Source of the DNA: Hyaloraphidium curvatum SAG 235-1
Lineage: Eukaryota; Fungi; Monoblepharomycota
Direction: 5' to 3'
NCBI GenBank assembly: GCA_025558095.1
Contig: JAIVFI010000005.1
Coordinates: 682,001-746,000 of the forward strand
Length of the DNA stretch: 64,000 bases
Both the position numbers and the translations under genes were made by a program. The notes below the pieces were generated by a model. The model saw nothing but the letters and a program-made list of their open reading frames with translations, was not told the origin of the DNA and made no database searches. Numbering within the stretch: the first letter of the stretch is position 1; the number at the start of each line of letters is the position of its first letter. Positions 59,601 to 64,000 of this stretch are shown piece after piece.

Positions 59601-61526
59601 CCACCTTCCTCGCAGCCGGGTCACGGTGATCTGCCTCAAGATGCCAAGTGGGTGGCTAGTTGCGTCGGGTGCCAAGGAGGAAGGGGCTGCGATCGCAAGT
59701 ATCCGAGATGCGGGTGAGCTTTGCCCCAGTCAATTGGTGCTCATTTCCTCCTAATCCTTAACTATCTACTCACCCGTAGCGCCTGCACCAACGCGAATCG
59801 GCAGTGCATCTACAAGATGCCTGTGTGCGAGTGCTGCAACAAGGCGCGTCGCGTCTGCGACGGCAGAATGCCCTCGTGCGGGTAGGTTTCCGTTGTTGAC
59901 ACCTCCTCGCACCTCGTGTTGCTGACTGACACGCTTTCGAACATCAGGCAGTGCACGTATGCAGGGGACACCTGCTCGTGGGAGTTCTTGACAGCCAAAG
60001 GAAGGCGGAAGGCCGGCGACGCCGAGGACTTTGAATGGATCTCCCACGCGCACCACCGCACCATCCCCGAGCTCGCCGGCTGGCACGTTCCCGGCGCCGG
60101 CGCCTCGTCGACGCACGCCTTCATGCGTGGCGTGGTGCTCGAGGGCGAACTCTGCACCAGCTCGGATCCCGGCCCCCGGAACGGCGTCTTTTTCCAGAAG
60201 ATGAAGCAGGGCGAGAAGGACGTCGTCTATTACTTCGACCACAAGCCGAGCGTCGAGACGGCCACCGACGTCGCCTACAACATCGTCGCGGCCTCGGTCG
60301 ACCCGGGTGCCAAGGGCGACACGATTTCGGTCACGGCCTTTGCTGTGGGGAAGGACGGCAAGCTCGAGGAGCTGACGCTCCACCGCTTGTTCCGGCCGCT
60401 GTCGTCGAAAGGGTACAGGGCGAAGGACGAGGCGGCGCGGCCCGACGAGTGGTGGACGGAGCACGAGGACCTGTCGACGCTGATGGCCGAGGTGTCGAAG
60501 TCGCCGTACCCCGTCGACGGCATGCTCGCAGGTGGGCATTGACGAAGCTGCTCTGGCTCGTGGTCGCTCACCCGCTCCTATATTCGCCGATCCGCCTCGC
60601 AGCGTCTGCGTTCCTCAACCACGCCGGCTCGCTCCTCGACCACGCGCAGAGCCGCCACGCCCAGCTCGCCAAGGAGTACCGCTTCCGCGAGAACCAGGCC
60701 CGCCAGGCGGCCATGAAGAACTGGATTCTCGCGGCCGGGGAAGCGGTGTGGCGCCAAAAGGTCTACCTGGAGGCCTTCAACGCCCACGTGGAGAAGGAGC
60801 GGCCGAAGCTCGGCGAGCCGCCGCCTGACCGCGACCACGCGCGCAAGATCGAGGAGGGTGCGCACGCAGCGGGCAGGGACGCGGTGGCGGCGATCGAACG
60901 GATCCCCAACCCCATCGTCCTGTGCGGTGCCGGCCAGGGCACGGGCTCCCGCATGCCGTACGTCGGCAGCATCGCCGATTCTCGCGGCCGGGGAAGCGGT
61001 GTGGCGCCAAAAGGTCTACCTGGAGGCCTTCAACGCCCACGTGGAGAAGGAGCGGCCGAAGCTCGGCGAGCCGCCGCCTGACCGCGACCACGCGCGCAAG
61101 ATCGAGGAGGGTGCGCACGCAGCGGGCAGGGACGCGGTGGCGGCGATCGAACGGATCCCCAACCCCATCGTCCTGTGCGGTGCCGGCCAGGGCACGGGCT
61201 CCCGCATGCCGTACGTCGGCAGCATCGCCGAGTTCCTCTCCCGCCACTTTCTCGTCTTCTTGCTGGGCGAGTACTTTACCTCCCAGCTGTGCCCGACCTG
61301 CCTCGCCAAGCTCGAGCCCAACCCGCTCAAGCGCGGCGACGTCGTGCACAAGCGCTGTGCGACCTGCAAGCGCAACCCCGACCGCGACGGCTTCGACGGC
61401 GAGCTGGTTCTCAACAAGAACCGCTCCGCCACCCTCTGCCTCGTCAGGATCTTCCTTCACATCGTCGCCACTGGCGACCGGCCCGCAGTCTTCACCCATC
61501 GGGCCGCCTCTCGCAACGCCGGATAA
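56650..61526 (+). pseudogene. Fanzor1 (TnpB family) fusion: UDG-like domain + 2x Zn2Cys6 + RuvC; 8 exons, ~1396 aa when repaired
   Basis: Exons 56650-56702 (tentative), 56763-57552, 57612-57810, 57860-59554, 59616-59713, 59780-59881, 59948-60531, 60603-61526. RuvC-I AASVDPG (D at 60300), RuvC-II GEYFTSQLCPTC (E at 61269), second CxxC, RuvC-III NKNRSA, terminal GDRPAVF. Disrupted by a +1 at ~57671-57674 and a 253-bp duplication. Confidence 0.85.
60724..61229. repeat. 253-bp tandem duplication inside the last Fanzor exon
   Basis: Units start at 60724 and 60977 with GA microhomology; the length is not a multiple of 3. Confidence 0.95.
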
Positions 61527-61673
61527 ACCTACCCGGCACTTATCTGAATGAGTGAGTCTCGCGCCCATAGATGGGGTATCAGGGTGTTGCGAGTTTTTGA
61601 TGGGGGCGGTTAACTGACGGAAAGCACGCCCCCCTCCCCCTTCTTCCTCCCCCGAAGCCATGACATCCGAATG
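61527..61673 (+). ncRNA. Putative Fanzor omegaRNA (scaffold to 61653, guide from the flank)
   Basis: Lies between the Fanzor stop and the element right end. Stems CTCGC/GCGAG enclosing CCCAT-AG-ATGGG, and GGGGGCG(61602-61608)/CGCCCCC(61627-61633). Confidence 0.55.
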
Positions 61674-61682
61674 AGAAGAGGT

Positions 61683-62855
61683 TTATTGGACCCCAAACCG
61701 GCCCATAAGCCGCTGGAAAAGCCCGCCGCTCTTCTTCTTTGGTTCCGCTTTCTCCGCATTCCCACTGTCCTCCTCAACCTCCTTTTTGGCCTTTGGAGAC
61801 GCCGGTGCCGGCTTCGCGGCGGTCGGGCCTACAGCCCGGGCCTTCACGGCCTCGATCAGCTCCAGTCCCTTCTGCTGCCGTGCCAGCATCTCCTCCAGCA
61901 GAGCTCGCTTGTTATCCCCGGCCTGCACTTCGCCCGTGGCCAGGTACGTCGTCCAATCGTCCCACGAGATGCGCGCTTTCCACGCCAGGTCGTACTTTCC
62001 CCGTTCGATGATGCTACGAAGGTCGTCGTCCGAGATCGACGCATCCAGCCTCGCGTAGGCTTCCAGCTTGGCCTTGATGTCGTCCATCGCCTCCTTCCGC
62101 GCGGCAACCTCGCGCGAGATTTCCCACTCGGCCCAGTCGACCCGGGTCTGGTCCGCCTTCCGCTTGTCCTCCAAGGCGTGCTCCAACCGCGTCACCAGCC
62201 GCTCCAAAAAGCGCTCCCGCGTCGACAGCTTCGCTTCCTCCTTCTTTTTGAGGTACCGCGCGTACCAGTCCGGCTCCTTCTTCTGCTGCGAGGCAAGGAG
62301 CCGCAGCCGCACCAGCTCCAGTTCCCGCCGGACCTTGGGCAGGAACTCCAGGGCAAACAGGCTGTGCGTGTCCGTCGGCGAGTCCACGAGCTCGATCAGG
62401 GCGCGCTCGCCCTGGTCGCGCTGCCGGTAGCCCGCGAGGGTGACGCGGGCAAAGTTCTTCTTGCGGTCGCGGTAGCGGAACCGCAGCTCCCCGAGCAGCT
62501 TGGGGACCACGGTCTCTTGTTGCTGCAGGATGGCCGCGGCGCGATGCGCCCGTGAGCAGGATTCCGGCGCCGATCGCGGCGGGCACCCACGTAGACCTTG
62601 TAGCGGAGCGCCCACCGCGCGTAGTCCGTATCGCGCTTCGCCAGCGCGATGGCCTGCCGCCACATGAGCCGTATTAGGGACATCGAGGCGCGCGGCCGGC
62701 GTTCCCACCTTCTCGGCCACCTTCTGGACCTCGCGCGCCTTTGCGTTTGTCGTGATTATCTGCTCGTGCACGACGAGCTGGCCGAGCAGCGTCCGCAGCA
62801 GGTCGCGGCGGTGCAGCGCCGTGCGGCCGAGCTTCCGCATTCGCTGCATCGGCAT
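61683..62855 (-). CDS. MRPL17: Mitochondrial ribosomal protein bL17m with long C-terminal extension (2 introns)
   Basis: RKLGRTALHRRDLLRTL..LVVHEQIITT.AKAREV...AEK/AIALAKR...PKLLGEL..RY..R...ALIELVD. Confidence 0.93.
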   Translation of the reverse strand: MPMQRMRKLGRTALHRRDLLRTLLGQLVVHEQIITTNAKAREVQKVAEKVGTPAARLDVPNTAHVAAGHRAGEARYGLRAVGAPLQGLRGCPPRSAPESCSRAHRAAAILQQQETVVPKLLGELRFRYRDRKKNFARVTLAGYRQRDQGERALIELVDSPTDTHSLFALEFLPKVRRELELVRLRLLASQQKKEPDWYARYLKKKEEAKLSTRERFLERLVTRLEHALEDKRKADQTRVDWAEWEISREVAARKEAMDDIKAKLEAYARLDASISDDDLRSIIERGKYDLAWKARISWDDWTTYLATGEVQAGDNKRALLEEMLARQQKGLELIEAVKARAVGPTAAKPAPASPKAKKEVEEDSGNAEKAEPKKKSGGLFQRLMGRFGVQ

Positions 62856-62957
62856 CGTGGCGGCGATGCGCGGGATGGCGCGCGGGGAGAGGTGTGCGGC
62901 GGTCGCGCGCCGCGCGCGCTGCGAGTGATGCGGGGAAGACGCGACTTCAATGCGCCA

Positions 62958-64000
62958 ATGCCCACGGCCGCCCTGCTCTTCAATGGAGCGGTCGTCTTCT
63001 GGTGCGAACTGTTCCGAAGCGGCGATCGATCTCCCCTGAGTTTCCGCGGAGCTCCCTCGCCGTGTTCTACCTCTTCGGCTGGGTCTTCACGGAATCGAAG
63101 CTCTTCGCCAACTACGCGGTCCACAACAATGTCGTCCGCGTCGTCTTTGCCCTGCTCTTTGCGCTGTCGTGCGAGGTGTTTGAGCTCATCATCTTTGAGA
63201 TCCTGGACGTGCTGAACAGGGAGTGGGTCGGTCTCCCGGAGCTTGTGTTCCCGAGCTGACGTGTCGTCCGCAGCTTCCGGCGCTGGCACTGGTACGAATC
63301 GCTTCCTTTGGCGCTTGACTCACCCGTTCGGATCGCTGAATGGCCGTTCCGCCGCTTGTTTTGGGAGCAGGAAGTTCTCCCTCTTCCTCATCCTCACGAT
63401 CACCGTCTGCGTGGTCCCGTTCTACCAGTTCGTCATATTCTTTTCTAATCGCCGCTACGGTGCGTTGTCAGACGTGCTCTTTACTCCCTTGGAGGAGCGA
63501 AGGGAGGACCAACTGACTGGGATGCCGGCCAACAGCATGGACAAGGCGGTACCGATATCACCTCTCGTCCCTCTTCTTCATCCCCTACGCTTTCCTCTTC
63601 TGGAAGGTCGGCGACTGGTTCCCGATCCGCTCGGACGGCGATGCGGGGAGAAGGAGCTCCTGTGAGCACTGCAACGGGCCCATGGCCAGGGGGCACACTG
63701 ACAGCCGTGGCAGACCTCGGGGAGGCGCAGATTGAGGCGACCATGGGCCGTGTGGGGGTGGTCGGGGTCACGATGATGGCTCTGCTTTCGGGCTTTGGCG
63801 CGGTGAACGCGCCGTACACGTCTCTTTTCTTCTTTCTCCGGTGCGTTGGCTTCCGTCGGTCATCAGCCTCGCACTCACTTTCGGGACAGACCAGTGACTG
63901 CCGCGCAGATCACTGCCGCGGAGAAGCGTCTCGCCCTGGCGGACGACCAGCTGGCGCACAAGCGCCGCAAGATGGAGGCGGCGCGGACCAAGGTGCAGGA
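62958..64000 (+). CDS. GPR89: Golgi pH regulator / GPR89 family, 5' part
   Basis: FALSCEVFELIIFEILDVL, FWKVGDWFP, GRVGVVGVTMMALLSGFGAVNAPY. Confidence 0.93.

Larger units (their letters stand above)
56431..61667 (+). mobile_element. Fanzor-bearing insertion (56445-61653) flanked by a 14-bp direct repeat
   Basis: GAAGCCATGACATC at 56431-56444 and 61654-61667. Removing the insert leaves a 31-bp gap between the convergent NDUFA7 and bL17 stop codons. Confidence 0.88.

Overview
GC-rich, very compact eukaryotic DNA with many ~50-70 nt spliceosomal introns. The gene set suggests an early-diverging, chytrid-like fungus (inference): fungal-type JSN1, SNF5, NUZM/NDUFA7 and Zn2Cys6 occur alongside RAD51D, pinin, GPR89 and a membrane GDPD. 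Housekeeping genes are a GST, JSN1/PUF, RAD51D, GDPD, eIF1/SUI1 (hosting an intronic snR63/SNORD46 snoRNA), pinin, midasin, ADE12, SNF5, PGM3/PCM1, a GSI-like ligase, NDUFA7, mitochondrial bL17 and GPR89. There are two accessory blocks. (1) A ~12.6 kb repeat island (36.4-49 kb) holds a head-to-tail LINE array, a nested non-autonomous copia element with a 59-bp flanking duplication, a minisatellite and a MITE. (2) The main find is a ~5.2 kb insertion (56445-61653) bounded by an exact 14-bp direct repeat. It carries an 8-exon gene that reconstructs to a ~1,400-aa Fanzor1 (TnpB-family) protein with an N-terminal uracil-DNA-glycosylase-like domain, two tandem GAL4-type Zn2Cys6 clusters and a RuvC-III Asp->Asn change, followed by a structured putative omegaRNA. 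This is a candidate nuclease-dead, RNA-guided glycosylase/regulator; the copy shown carries two frame disruptions. All domain calls come from motif recognition by eye, not database searches.
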